Part shown: piece by piece, positions 1 through 10,576 of the stretch
How the letters are laid out: each line of letters begins with the position of its first letter
Position numbering within the stretch: the stretch's first letter is position 1
IMG/VR virus record: IMGVR_UViG_3300045988_183539
Direction: 5' to 3' (one strand)
From: a virus
DNA: 64,000 nt
Translations under genes and position numbers: made by a program
Notes under the pieces: model-generated
Told to the model about the DNA's origin: nothing
Databases searched by the model: none
What the model saw: only the letters and a program-made list of their open reading frames with translations

Positions 1-1
1 A

Positions 2-83
2 ATTGTAATGTGTGGTTTAGGTGTAGCAATGGTAAGTGTAATGTTTAAGAGTATTGGTATTGTAAATGATGCTTTTGGTGGTT
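2..83 (+). CDS. C-terminal end of a hydrophobic protein truncated by the window start
   Basis: Open frame from the window edge to TAA at 81-83; hydrophobic residues (IVMCGLGVAMVSVMF...). Confidence 0.3.
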
Positions 84-102
84 AATTATAGATAATAAAA
101 AA

Positions 103-327
103 ATGGAGGAAATAAAGAAAATGGATAAAGACCTTCGTAAAGATAAAGATATTTTAGTGTGTAAGATAACTAAAGATATATTAAATAAAAATATTTGTAC
201 TTTTGATGATTTAGTTTTAGATGTTTCTAAAATATATGGAGATGAAGGTATTAATATTGTTGCAATGAAGACAACATATTTTAAAGAATTAATAGATAGT
301 AATTTTTCTAAGAAGATTACAAAATAG
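103..327 (+). CDS. hypothetical 74-aa protein
   Basis: ORF track; RBS-like GGAGG before ATG. Confidence 0.4.
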   Translation: MEEIKKMDKDLRKDKDILVCKITKDILNKNICTFDDLVLDVSKIYGDEGINIVAMKTTYFKELIDSNFSKKITK

Positions 328-338
328 GGGAGTTTGTT

Positions 339-728
339 ATGATTGGTATTCCTATAACACAAGACATTTTAAAATATGAAGCTAAATTTGCTCTTAATCT
401 AACAACAAGAAAATGTATTTTTTATGGATTAGGAGCTACAGCTGTATTAACAAGTTTCTTTTTATTATTTAAAGATTTTAGTTTTACATTTAGAGCGTGT
501 GCTTCTATTTGTATAGGAATTCCTTTATTTCTTTGGGGTGCAGTAAAACCTTTTGGTGTTAACCCAGAAAAGATTATAAGCCCTATAATTTTTGATAATT
601 TTATTGCACCTTCTGTACGAATTAAAGAAATCCATATGACAGTATATGATGATAAGAAAAAAATAGTAAAAGAAACAAAAAAGAAAAATAGAGCAAAAAT
701 AAGTAAAGAGTATAAACCTATATATTAA
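339..728 (+). CDS. small two-TM membrane protein directly upstream of the VirB4-like gene (TcpE/Orf17-like position)
   Basis: 129 aa with two hydrophobic helices and GGGGAG RBS. Its position before the VirB4-like ATPase is typical of Gram-positive conjugation loci. Confidence 0.45.
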   Translation: MIGIPITQDILKYEAKFALNLTTRKCIFYGLGATAVLTSFFLLFKDFSFTFRACASICIGIPLFLWGAVKPFGVNPEKIISPIIFDNFIAPSVRIKEIHMTVYDDKKKIVKETKKKNRAKISKEYKPIY

Positions 729-748
729 TATTACGAAAGGATATATTT

Positions 749-3217
749 ATGGGATTTGGTAAAAAAAATAAAAATAATATAAATACTGTTGATAATGAAC
801 AGAATAAAAATAAAAAGAAAACTAATAAAAAGAAGATTAAAATACCTAAAACAGTTCAAGATACTTTAGATTGGGAATGTGTTTTTGAAAATGGTGTTTT
901 TCAAATAGGTCCTAAAAGATTTTCTAAAACTTTTTATTTTGAAGATATTGCTTTTAAAACAAAATCTGATGAAGACCAGATGGCTATTTATCAGGCATAT
1001 TTAAGATTTCTTAATTCTATAAATCCTGATGAAGATTTATTTATTACTTTTGTTAATTATAAAGATGATGAAAATGCTAAGTTAGCGGCAATCCTTCCTA
1101 TAAATAAAGATGATGGCTTTAATAATTATAGAAAAGAATTAGGAACTATTTTAAGAAATAATATTAAATTAAGTAGAAATGCTATATCTACAAAAAGATA
1201 TATTACTGTTTATGTAAATGCAGATACAGTTGATAATGCAATGTTGAGACTAAATGAATTAGAAACAACTTTAGAAAATGCTTTTAAAAAAATATGTGGT
1301 GCAAAATTAACAGCCATATCTTTAGAAGAAAGATTAGAAGTTATTAATAATATTTTAAATGGCACAGATGAAGCAAACTATTGGTTTGTACACGATAAAA
1401 CAGGAAAAACAACTATAGATTTTAAAGAAATGGCAAGACAAAAGCTTACTACTAAAGATATTATAGCTCCTCAGTCTATGAAATTTTATAGTAATCGTTT
1501 TGAAATTAATGAAAGAATAGGACAGGGAATGTATCTTGATAATTTAGCAAACTGGATGGATACTAATTTTTTACCTAGTCTGATAGCTGTTAATTTTGAG
1601 TCAGTTTTTACTATTCATATATCTGCATTAGAGCAGACAGAAGCAATAAAGAAGGTACATAATAAATCTATTAATATAAATGCTGAAATAGAAGATAAAA
1701 TGGATGCAAGAGCAGCAAAAGGCAAAGACCCTACTTTTATTAATGCAGATTTAAGAAAAGCACAGGCTGAAATAGAAGATTTACAAAATGATATTCAAAA
1801 CAGAGACCAGAAATATTTCTTTATGGATATGTCTATTATTCATTTTGCAGAAAATAAGCAGATTTTAAAAGAACAAGAAAAAATAATAAAAAATAGTGCA
1901 AATAAATATATGTGTTCGATAAAACCAGCTTTAGAACAGCAGGAAAGATGTCTTATTAGTACATTACCTTTGGGTCATAACAAAATGTTCCAGACAAGAG
2001 GTCTTACTACAGAAAATTTAGGAGTTTTCTTACCTTTCGATGAGATAAACCAGTTTGATGTTAATGGTATTTATTATGGAGTAAATGCTATTAATAAATC
2101 TTTAATAGTTTATGACAGAACAAAAGGTATGAATTATAATGGTTTAATTTTTGGTGCTTCTGGTTCTGGTAAATCTTTTAGTGCTAAACGTGAAATAACA
2201 AGTGTTCTTCTTAATAAAAATGCAAATTGTTATATCATAGACCCAGATGATGAATATACACCTATTGCAGATGCATTTGGTGGAACTATAATTAAAATAT
2301 CACCTGGTAATGGTGTTTATATAAATCCCTTCGATTTAGATATAGATACATCTGCTGATAGTGATTTAAACCCTATTACTATGAAGATAGATTTTATTTG
2401 TGGTTTGCTGGAAACAATGATAGGAAATAATGCTAAATTATCTCCAACACAAATTTCTATTGTTACTAGATGTGTACAACAGATATATAGACCTTATTTA
2501 GAGCATTTACAGGAACTCCCTCCAGACGAAAATGGTAGAAAACGTACTATAGATAGAGATTATTGTCCTACAATGCAGAATTTATTTGATGCTTTAATTA
2601 ACCAGCCTCAATCAGAAGCTCAAAACCTTGCCTTAATTATGGAAACATATACAGCAGGAGCATTTGATACATTTGCTCATAGAACAAATGTAGATATAGA
2701 TAATAAGTTTATTATTTTTAATATATCTAACATTGGTACAAACTTAAAAGAATTAGGTCTTAAAATTTGTGTAAACCACGTCTGGAATAAAATGGTAGAA
2801 AACAGAAGAAATAAGAAATGGACTTGGTTTTATATAGATGAATTCCATTTACTTCTTAAGAGCCATTCGACATCAGATTTCATAATGTCTATTTTTAAGA
2901 GAGCTAGAAAGTTCTTAGGAGTTACTACAGGTATTACGCAAAATGTTGGAGATTTACTTAGAACAGAAGATGGACAAGCTATTATTAATAATACATCTTT
3001 CATTTATATGTTAAATCAATCAGCAATGGATAGATATGATTTACAAAAATTATTAAAACTGTCTGATGGAGATGTTGAATATGTTACAAATGTAGAACAA
3101 GGTCACGGTCTTATTTATACAGGAACACAGACAATACCATTTTCTGATGATTTCCCAGAAGATACTAAGTTATATGATATTATGACAACTAAACCTAAAC
3201 AAGAGGAAGTTGCGTAA
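749..3217 (+). CDS. VirB4-like conjugative transfer ATPase (TcpF/Orf16/TrsE class)
   Basis: 822 aa; Walker A GASGSGKSF, Walker B WFYIDEFHLLL, with size and domain order of Gram-positive VirB4 homologs. AAAGGA RBS. Confidence 0.8.
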   Translation: MGFGKKNKNNINTVDNEQNKNKKKTNKKKIKIPKTVQDTLDWECVFENGVFQIGPKRFSKTFYFEDIAFKTKSDEDQMAIYQAYLRFLNSINPDEDLFITFVNYKDDENAKLAAILPINKDDGFNNYRKELGTILRNNIKLSRNAISTKRYITVYVNADTVDNAMLRLNELETTLENAFKKICGAKLTAISLEERLEVINNILNGTDEANYWFVHDKTGKTTIDFKEMARQKLTTKDIIAPQSMKFYSNRFEINERIGQGMYLDNLANWMDTNFLPSLIAVNFESVFTIHISALEQTEAIKKVHNKSININAEIEDKMDARAAKGKDPTFINADLRKAQAEIEDLQNDIQNRDQKYFFMDMSIIHFAENKQILKEQEKIIKNSANKYMCSIKPALEQQERCLISTLPLGHNKMFQTRGLTTENLGVFLPFDEINQFDVNGIYYGVNAINKSLIVYDRTKGMNYNGLIFGASGSGKSFSAKREITSVLLNKNANCYIIDPDDEYTPIADAFGGTIIKISPGNGVYINPFDLDIDTSADSDLNPITMKIDFICGLLETMIGNNAKLSPTQISIVTRCVQQIYRPYLEHLQELPPDENGRKRTIDRDYCPTMQNLFDALINQPQSEAQNLALIMETYTAGAFDTFAHRTNVDIDNKFIIFNISNIGTNLKELGLKICVNHVWNKMVENRRNKKWTWFYIDEFHLLLKSHSTSDFIMSIFKRARKFLGVTTGITQNVGDLLRTEDGQAIINNTSFIYMLNQSAMDRYDLQKLLKLSDGDVEYVTNVEQGHGLIYTGTQTIPFSDDFPEDTKLYDIMTTKPKQEEVA

Positions 3218-3246
3218 TTATAAAATTATATATTTGTTTTAAAGAT

Positions 3247-3281
3247 TGTCACATTAAGGAATTAGTGTGACATCTTTTTTT
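3247..3281 (+). terminator. rho-independent terminator after the VirB4-like gene
   Basis: tgtcaca...tgtgaca hairpin followed by a T-run. Confidence 0.55.
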
Positions 3282-3365
3282 ATAGAATAAACATTTATTT
3301 ACAATTAATAAAAAAATAATAGGACATTATTCTATATATATAGTTTTTTTTGAAAGGAAGTTTTT

Positions 3366-4175
3366 ATGGAAAATTGGAATAAATATTTTAACGAAAATAC
3401 AGATGATGATAACAATATTGCAAGCAATGTTTATGCAAATAATGTTTCAGAAAACAATGTTACAAATGATTATGAACTTGAAGATAATTTAGAAATAAAT
3501 CAAAATAATGATAATATAGATGATAATGAGTTAGATAAATATTTAGAAAATGAGAATGATAATTTTAGTTTAACAGTAAGTGAGTATAAAACATTTTGTG
3601 ACAGATTATCTGGATTTAATGAAATAGATGAAACTAAAGCAGCTATAACATATCAGTCTTATAATATAAATCCACAAGATGTTAATGAAAATACAACAAA
3701 TGATATTGTATATAATTTAAATAATGCTGTAGCTGAAATTGCTTATGATGAGTTACATCCAGATTTAGCAGTATTATCTATTAAGTTTAAAAGTTTTGAT
3801 GACCCTGAACTTAGACTTTTCTGGTCAAGAATACAAAAATGGAGAACTTCTTTAAGTAGACCACAAGATAATGATGAAATTCCTGTTTTTGTTATTACTC
3901 TTATAGAAAAAGATAGTGTGAATTCTGTAAAAGATAAAGAGCATTATACAATATTATCTGCAAATATTGTAAATCCCTTAATTTGTTATATCACAAGAGA
4001 AATTCCTACAATTTCTGCTGAAAATATAATTAATGAGCGTGATGAAATTATGGGAGGAAATGTTATAAAAATGCTTTTAGCTACAGATTTTTTAACATTT
4101 GAAGTAAGAGATGATATTGATATTTTAAATGTAAAAGCAGAAGTTTTAAGAGAAAATGAAGAAGAAGCTTTATAG
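3366..4175 (+). CDS. hypothetical protein with acidic Asn/Asp/Glu-rich N-terminus
   Basis: 269 aa; GAAAGGAAG RBS. Confidence 0.5.
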   Translation: MENWNKYFNENTDDDNNIASNVYANNVSENNVTNDYELEDNLEINQNNDNIDDNELDKYLENENDNFSLTVSEYKTFCDRLSGFNEIDETKAAITYQSYNINPQDVNENTTNDIVYNLNNAVAEIAYDELHPDLAVLSIKFKSFDDPELRLFWSRIQKWRTSLSRPQDNDEIPVFVITLIEKDSVNSVKDKEHYTILSANIVNPLICYITREIPTISAENIINERDEIMGGNVIKMLLATDFLTFEVRDDIDILNVKAEVLRENEEEAL

Positions 4176-4201
4176 TTTCTTCTTAAAATATAGGAGAAAT
4201 T

Positions 4202-7200
4202 ATGAATAGTAAGGCAAATAATAGTAGTAATAATACAAAAAATCAGACACGACAGCAAAAAACTACTAATCAGAATAATACATCAAAATCATCAAATAAT
4301 AGTAATAATAGTAAACCATCTGCATCACAGACACAAAATAATGAAACAAAGACTTCAACTTCGTCTTCAACAAATTATAATACAAGACAGGCTGTAAATA
4401 CTATTGGCAGAGATATTTACAATTTAACAGATGGACGAATAAAATTAGGTTCATTTCAAGAAGGTGGAGGACGTGCTGGAGCTAGACAGGCTTTAGCTGA
4501 AACTGTATATAATTATACAACACAAGGTACAAGAGATAGAGAAAACAATTCCTTTTTTGATAATAAAATGAGGTTTAATAAAACAATAGCAGTTATGTCT
4601 GCTGTTGGTCATACAGCTAAAGAGAATGCTGTTATAAATACATATAATAATATTGATTGGAATAGTTCTAAAATACAGACCCAAATGACAAAAATGGGTA
4701 TCCTTTCTAATAACAGCCAGCAATACCTTAATAGCTTTTTAAGTTCTAATACTGTAGTTGTTCCTAATAATGAAATAAAGAATGTAAATGAAGACAAAAT
4801 TACATTAGGTGATTTAAAATTAAATAATTCACAAAAGGCTAGTTTAATAAATACAGGTAAGTTTACTTTTGAAGGACAAGAATATCATATAAAAGATAAA
4901 GAGTTGTCAGAAGTAAGAAAAGCCTATAATGCTGCAAAAATAGAAATAAAAAATAATAATAATATTACTAAAGCTCTTACAGGTAAAGATAAAGAATTAG
5001 TAATGCAGCAGATAAAAAGCAAACAGACAGATTATCTTAAAAAAATTAGTGTTACAGGTGGATTTAATGGTAGTTTAGCTTCTACTAAGAAAGAAATTAA
5101 AGCTATAGATTATAAGTTAGAGATATTAGAATGTAAATTAAAATCTGCTAATAATGCAACAGACTTACATAACTTTAAAAGCCAGATTGCAGAATTAAAA
5201 GATTATAAAGAGTCATTTATGTTATATAAAGAAACAGGAGCTATAACAGAAGACTTTGATAGAGGTGCTGGAAGAAAAAAATATGGCCGTTCTATAATTG
5301 CTCAAAATATCATTGGCAGTGATATGTATAGAGGAACTAAATTTATTCAAAATAGTAGTAAAGCTATTATTAGTGGTGCAAGATTAACAATTAAGACAAC
5401 AACAAAGGCTAGTGCTGGATTAGTTAGTGCAGCAACATATATTCCAAGAAAAACAAGTCCAAATTCTAAAGCAGGAATAATAAGCAATAATATTAATAAT
5501 AATGCACAGAAATATAAGAATAATATTAACGATAAGATAAGACATAAGACAAAAGAAGAAAAAAAAGCTCAGGCAAAAGAAAGAAAAGTTACTCATAAAG
5601 CAGAAGCTTTAGAAAAAAGAGAGAAAAGACTTGAAAGAACAGAAGCTAGAATTAATATTTTAAAAACAGGTAAATTAACTGATGCAGAAGAAAAAAGACT
5701 TCAAAAATTAACAGAAAAGATAAATAGTAAAAAAATAGTATCTAATAAAGAATTAAACGAATATAATGAGTTATTAAATAAAAAAGAAAAAGGTGTTTTA
5801 ACAAGAAAAGACCAGAAAGCTTTAACAAAACAGCAAAAAGTTTATAAAGCAAGAACAACATTATATAGTACTCCAGATAAAGTAAAAGAAACAGTAAAAG
5901 ATGGTTTAAAAAAATCTAAAGGTGTTGTTGTAAAAAAGGTAAAAACAACAAAGGCATATGATAAATATACACAGTTTAAAAATGGCAAATTCTATGGAAA
6001 TGCGATGAAAGTAAAAGGAAAGGTAAGAAATAGTAAGATTGGAAAAGCAAGTAAAGATATAAAATATACTATTTTACATCCTTTTAAAACTGTAAAAAAA
6101 ATAAAAGATATGATAATAGATAAGCCATTAATGTTCATTAAAAAGTATTTATTAAAAATCATTGGAACTGTTATAGCTTTATATCTTTTATTAATAGGTT
6201 TTGCTTTTATTATGTTATTACCTATATTAGGTATAGGTTCATTTTTTGACTCATTACCATCATCAACAATTTCTAATGAATTAGCACAAATAAATTATAT
6301 TCAATTAATTGTTAATGATACAGCTAATAATTTAGGTAAAGAACTTACAAAGACAGCAATAAAAGATGCGGAAACTCATTTTATATCAGAAAATGGAGCA
6401 GTTTCTTCTACAAAATATGATTGGAAGAAGAGTGTATCAGAAGGAAGTATAAAGCATATATGGGCTACAGAAGATTTAAATAAAGATGTCTGGGATAGAA
6501 CAGAACTTGCAGGAGTATCTGCTAATCTTTTACCTATTACAAGTATGATGCATTATAGATATAATCAATCAATTGATTTTGATAATTATTTAACTGCAAA
6601 AGCATATATATATTATATGTATGTAAGGTCACACGATACAGCCGCAGATGAAAATGGCAATATATATAGTTATGATACATTAGCAGATTGTTCAAACGAT
6701 AGTTTATATGTAACAAAACCTACATATGATATTGATAATAGTAAAGTAACAAGAGGAGTGGAAAGCTGTACTAATGTATATGTACACGGATATTCTTCCG
6801 ATTATAATAAAGCTATTAACAAAGCAAGGGCTGAATTAGGTGATTTTTTAAATATGGTTCAGAGTGCTTTAGGTATAGGACATCCAGATGGAACTAATGA
6901 AGATAATGGTGTATTTATAGACAAAAAACCTTATGATAGTAAAGGGGAATGTGACAACTATGAAGCATTTCAAGCTGGTGTAGGAAATAATTATACTAAT
7001 TGTGGAAAAGAAGAACACGACCATAATAAAGAAGGTTGTAGCAAAGCTTGGTATAATGGTGATGATATATGTACTATTGAGGAACATATACATAATGATG
7101 ATTGCTATATTCATAACAAAACATTTTTAGGTTATGATAATTGTGAATTTGGTGATATACACGAAGAAACAGCTGATTGTTATGAACTTCAATTTTTACC

Positions 7201-8647
7201 ACAGAAAACAAGAGTTTATTTTAATGAATGTTCACATAGTATCTTAATAGATATTAATGATTACAAGGAAAATGATGAATATTATTGTGAAGAATGTGAA
7301 CAGTATAGAACAGAAAACCGACATTTTGATGGTTATTTTGAGTGGGTAAATGTTCAAGTATGTAATGGACATCACGAACACAATGAAAATTGTGCTAAAT
7401 ATGATGAATATACTGAATTAATATGTACAAAAGAAGAGCATAGTCACGAAGCTAATGGAGAAACCTTAAATTGGACTTGTGGTAAAGAAGGTCATATACA
7501 TAATGCTTGGCATTCAGAAAATGACCCAGGCTGTTATAAGACAGCTTACATTTGTATGGGTCATTGTGGAGGACATATATCTCCAACAATAAATATATCA
7601 CAGGATATGAGCTATACTACATTAAGCAAATTAGATAATTTTAAAACACCAAAATTAATCACACAATCAGATTTTTCTCTTTGTCAAATTAAAGAAACAT
7701 ATAAAACTATAGATGCTTGGCAGAACCATTGGATAACAACATTTAATTCTTGGTATTATTTTCCACTTAGAGGACCAATACAATCTATAGAATGGAAAGC
7801 TAAAAAACTTACACAAGGAACTTTAACTTTTGCTAATTGGGCTGTAGGTAAAATAAATGGTTCAGAAATATCTTATAAAGATGATGATAAATATAAGATG
7901 GAAGGATATGATTTATTTGAATTTGAAGGCTGGACAAAAGAACAGAATGGTGATTGGGTAATTAAACAAGAAGTATTAGATGATTTAAAATTATTATATG
8001 GTGATTACTATGATGACAAATATGCAATGGGTATACAAAATTGGGATGCTTTTCAAGTAAGTTTTCCATCAGCAGTTAATGAAAGTCTTAGCAGTACACA
8101 GATAGATGATACTTTAACTAAGATAAAGAAAGAAAATTCATTAACTCCAAAACAAGAAGCTATAATAAAAGAAGGATTAAATGCAGTTGGAAATTATTAT
8201 TATTCTGAAAGCAAAAACAGTCCTAATGCACATCTTAATGCTGTGTATGGCAGAAAGATTGATGGACAGGATACTTATAATGGACCAGCAGATGCATCAG
8301 GATTTTTAATAGGTATAATCAGAAGAGGAATAATTTCTGTTAATGGTTATAATGGCTTAATAGATGAAAATACAGATTTTTATGGACAAGGATTTGTTAC
8401 TACAGATTATAAAGTAGGAGATATATTAAGTAGTGCTGATGGCAAATGTGCTATGTATTTAGGAGCATTGGAGAAAGGAATAGATAATTATTCTGTTTTA
8501 ACAATGAAATCACATAGTAGTAGTGATAAACAAAATAAAACAGGTTTTTATGTTTTAGAATGTTCTAAAGATTATGGTGGAGTTGTTGTCAGAAAAGTAA
8601 CAAAAAGTGAATTAGAAGCATCGTACACACATTGTTATAGAATTTAA
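4202..8647 (+). CDS. large multidomain surface/cell-wall protein: low-complexity N-terminus, Lys-rich coiled-coil, TM segment, Cys/His-rich repeat region, C-terminal NlpC/P60-like domain
   Basis: 1481 aa with AGGAG RBS. Central hydrophobic segment IIGTVIALYLLLIGFAFIMLLPILGIGSFF. Repeated C-x-x-EEH-x-H motifs. C-terminus resembles NlpC/P60 (VYGRKIDGQ...DASGFL...GDIL...GKCAMYLG). Position matches cell-wall hydrolases of Gram-positive T4SS. Confidence 0.65.
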   Translation: MNSKANNSSNNTKNQTRQQKTTNQNNTSKSSNNSNNSKPSASQTQNNETKTSTSSSTNYNTRQAVNTIGRDIYNLTDGRIKLGSFQEGGGRAGARQALAETVYNYTTQGTRDRENNSFFDNKMRFNKTIAVMSAVGHTAKENAVINTYNNIDWNSSKIQTQMTKMGILSNNSQQYLNSFLSSNTVVVPNNEIKNVNEDKITLGDLKLNNSQKASLINTGKFTFEGQEYHIKDKELSEVRKAYNAAKIEIKNNNNITKALTGKDKELVMQQIKSKQTDYLKKISVTGGFNGSLASTKKEIKAIDYKLEILECKLKSANNATDLHNFKSQIAELKDYKESFMLYKETGAITEDFDRGAGRKKYGRSIIAQNIIGSDMYRGTKFIQNSSKAIISGARLTIKTTTKASAGLVSAATYIPRKTSPNSKAGIISNNINNNAQKYKNNINDKIRHKTKEEKKAQAKERKVTHKAEALEKREKRLERTEARINILKTGKLTDAEEKRLQKLTEKINSKKIVSNKELNEYNELLNKKEKGVLTRKDQKALTKQQKVYKARTTLYSTPDKVKETVKDGLKKSKGVVVKKVKTTKAYDKYTQFKNGKFYGNAMKVKGKVRNSKIGKASKDIKYTILHPFKTVKKIKDMIIDKPLMFIKKYLLKIIGTVIALYLLLIGFAFIMLLPILGIGSFFDSLPSSTISNELAQINYIQLIVNDTANNLGKELTKTAIKDAETHFISENGAVSSTKYDWKKSVSEGSIKHIWATEDLNKDVWDRTELAGVSANLLPITSMMHYRYNQSIDFDNYLTAKAYIYYMYVRSHDTAADENGNIYSYDTLADCSNDSLYVTKPTYDIDNSKVTRGVESCTNVYVHGYSSDYNKAINKARAELGDFLNMVQSALGIGHPDGTNEDNGVFIDKKPYDSKGECDNYEAFQAGVGNNYTNCGKEEHDHNKEGCSKAWYNGDDICTIEEHIHNDDCYIHNKTFLGYDNCEFGDIHEETADCYELQFLPQKTRVYFNECSHSILIDINDYKENDEYYCEECEQYRTENRHFDGYFEWVNVQVCNGHHEHNENCAKYDEYTELICTKEEHSHEANGETLNWTCGKEGHIHNAWHSENDPGCYKTAYICMGHCGGHISPTINISQDMSYTTLSKLDNFKTPKLITQSDFSLCQIKETYKTIDAWQNHWITTFNSWYYFPLRGPIQSIEWKAKKLTQGTLTFANWAVGKINGSEISYKDDDKYKMEGYDLFEFEGWTKEQNGDWVIKQEVLDDLKLLYGDYYDDKYAMGIQNWDAFQVSFPSAVNESLSSTQIDDTLTKIKKENSLTPKQEAIIKEGLNAVGNYYYSESKNSPNAHLNAVYGRKIDGQDTYNGPADASGFLIGIIRRGIISVNGYNGLIDENTDFYGQGFVTTDYKVGDILSSADGKCAMYLGALEKGIDNYSVLTMKSHSSSDKQNKTGFYVLECSKDYGGVVVRKVTKSELEASYTHCYRI

Positions 8648-8664
8648 AATAAATTTTATTTTTA

Positions 8665-8703
8665 AAGAACCATTTTTAGTAGAGATACTAAGGTGGTTCT
8701 TTT
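8665..8703 (+). terminator. rho-independent terminator
   Basis: aagaacca...tggttctt hairpin plus T-run. Confidence 0.5.
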
Positions 8704-8869
8704 CTAATGTTGTTTTTAATAAAAACACTTATATTAAAAAAATAAATGGATTTTATATATTTTTAAATCTATATTTTTACTTTTCTACATTATTATTTTA
8801 TCTCTTAAAAATATTAAAAATAAACATTTTATTTACAATATTTATAATGTTTATAGAAAGGTAAAAAGA

Positions 8870-10468
8870 ATGAATAATGTAGAAATAAAGAAATATGATG
8901 CTAAAATCAAGGAAATTGATAAAATAATAAACACATATTCTGAGAGTAAAAATTTAGGTATAAAGTTATACTATGTTCCTGAAATATATTCAGAAAATAA
9001 GATTGATTATATAGCAATAAAATCTAATAATGAGTTTTATAAAATTCCTACGATTAAATACAATGATAATCCATTGTATTTAATGAATGTAATTACAAGA
9101 GATTTATGTAATCTGGACTTATTAGAAGTCTTAACAGATGATAAAGTAATAGATGCAATCAAATCTATTTATAAACAGGATATAACATTAAATGAAGCAT
9201 TAAACAACAAAAAAATTGAAAGATTTATAACTCCTATTAAAGAAAGATTAGATGATGTTTTGGAACATATAACATTACCTGCAAGAAGTAATAAGAAAGG
9301 TTTTTATGACAGAACAAAATTAGATGCAATAAAAAGATATGTTGCAGAAAATAGTAATTTTAAACCTGTTTATGAAAACGAATACTGTTTAATTTTTGGG
9401 AAAAAGATGCCAAGAAGTGATGAAAATATATTAATAAGCAGTCATTCTGATATTGTAAATACGATAACAAATGTAAACAGTTCTTATAAGAACGGATTTT
9501 ATCACGGAACATATGATAATTTAGGTACTAATGCGGCAGCAGTATCTATTATGTGTATGAATGAAAATAACTTATCAGATAATGTTTTTTTTGCTTTTAC
9601 TGCTGAAGAAGAGACAGGTAGATGTTTAGGAGCAAAATCAGCTTATCAATTTATGGAAAGAAATTCAAAATATCCAACATTATATGTATCTTTAGATGTA
9701 ACAGATGAAGGATATGATGATAATAGATTATGTTCAATAGAAGGATTACACGCTAACAATGATATTAAAAGTAAAATCGCAGATAGTATGATGATAACTG
9801 AAGGAGAAGAGCAATCATTCTGTGTTATAAAAGCAAAACATAAAGATAGTTCTCCTTTTAATAAAGATTATATTGATGGAAATTATACTGTTTTTGATGA
9901 AGGTGTTTATTATGGTCAGACTTTAAACCAAAATGCATTAAGCTTTTGTTTACCTACTGATGGAAGTATGCATAGTAATACAGGTTTAGATGTTAAAGAT
10001 AGTATATTTACAGGATATATTTTATCGCTTGATACTTTTATACACCAATACACTAATACTAAAAACTTTGAAATTGAAGATATAAAAGATTATAAGGATT
10101 ATCTTGTAAATAAAGCAAAAGAAACAAAGAAAGTCTATGCTTTTGATAATCTTAATTATAGACCTGATTTTAGTTATACGCTAGATGATTATTATGAAGA
10201 AGATGAAGATTTATATGCGGATTCTTTTAGTATTGCTGAATTATATGGAATTGATTTAGATGAAAAAGGAAAAATATCTTCAGATGATATACCATATGAA
10301 TTAGAATCAACATTATCAGAACTTGCAGAAGGATATGGTGCAACTGAAATATATGAATATTTAGCAGATATGGATTGTGAGTTTGGGGGAATTATACCTG
10401 AAGAAGTTTTAGTTCCGATTTTTAATAAATATCACGAACAGGAAGAGGAATTAGATTATACATCCTAA
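8870..10468 (+). CDS. M20/M28/M42-family dinuclear zinc peptidase-like protein with acidic C-terminal tail
   Basis: Motif order H-x-D (SSHSDIV), D-N-x-G (YDNLGTNAAAV), EE (FTAEEETG), D (SLDVTDEG), H (GSMHSNTG), as in M28/M42 aminopeptidases. Confidence 0.5.
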   Translation: MNNVEIKKYDAKIKEIDKIINTYSESKNLGIKLYYVPEIYSENKIDYIAIKSNNEFYKIPTIKYNDNPLYLMNVITRDLCNLDLLEVLTDDKVIDAIKSIYKQDITLNEALNNKKIERFITPIKERLDDVLEHITLPARSNKKGFYDRTKLDAIKRYVAENSNFKPVYENEYCLIFGKKMPRSDENILISSHSDIVNTITNVNSSYKNGFYHGTYDNLGTNAAAVSIMCMNENNLSDNVFFAFTAEEETGRCLGAKSAYQFMERNSKYPTLYVSLDVTDEGYDDNRLCSIEGLHANNDIKSKIADSMMITEGEEQSFCVIKAKHKDSSPFNKDYIDGNYTVFDEGVYYGQTLNQNALSFCLPTDGSMHSNTGLDVKDSIFTGYILSLDTFIHQYTNTKNFEIEDIKDYKDYLVNKAKETKKVYAFDNLNYRPDFSYTLDDYYEEDEDLYADSFSIAELYGIDLDEKGKISSDDIPYELESTLSELAEGYGATEIYEYLADMDCEFGGIIPEEVLVPIFNKYHEQEEELDYTS

Positions 10469-10576
10469 TATAATAAAAAAACAATATATCTTATAAAAAA
10501 TAATATTTTATAAGATATAAATAAAACACCTTAAATAATTTTAGACACCATTATTATTATTTGAGGTGATTTTTTT

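Noticed and set aside
45-362. Many - strand ORFs of 60-105 aa nested inside + strand genes (e.g. 45-362, 3986-4258, 4493-4797, 6869-7114, 11152-11415, 16685-16999, 23397-24164, 26738-26962, 32570-32818, 33199-33408, 34116-34325, 34840-35294, 36144-36471, 53531-53752, 54270-54536, 55906-56130, 56393-56611, 57040-57261, 62207-62884, 63279-63653)
   Set aside because: They are low-complexity, Ile/Leu/Phe-rich translations typical of antisense frames in AT-rich DNA. They lack RBS and fully overlap well-supported + strand genes.
4202-8647. Calling the 1481-aa protein a VirB6-like channel protein
   Set aside because: Only one clear hydrophobic segment. VirB6/Orf15-like proteins are polytopic.
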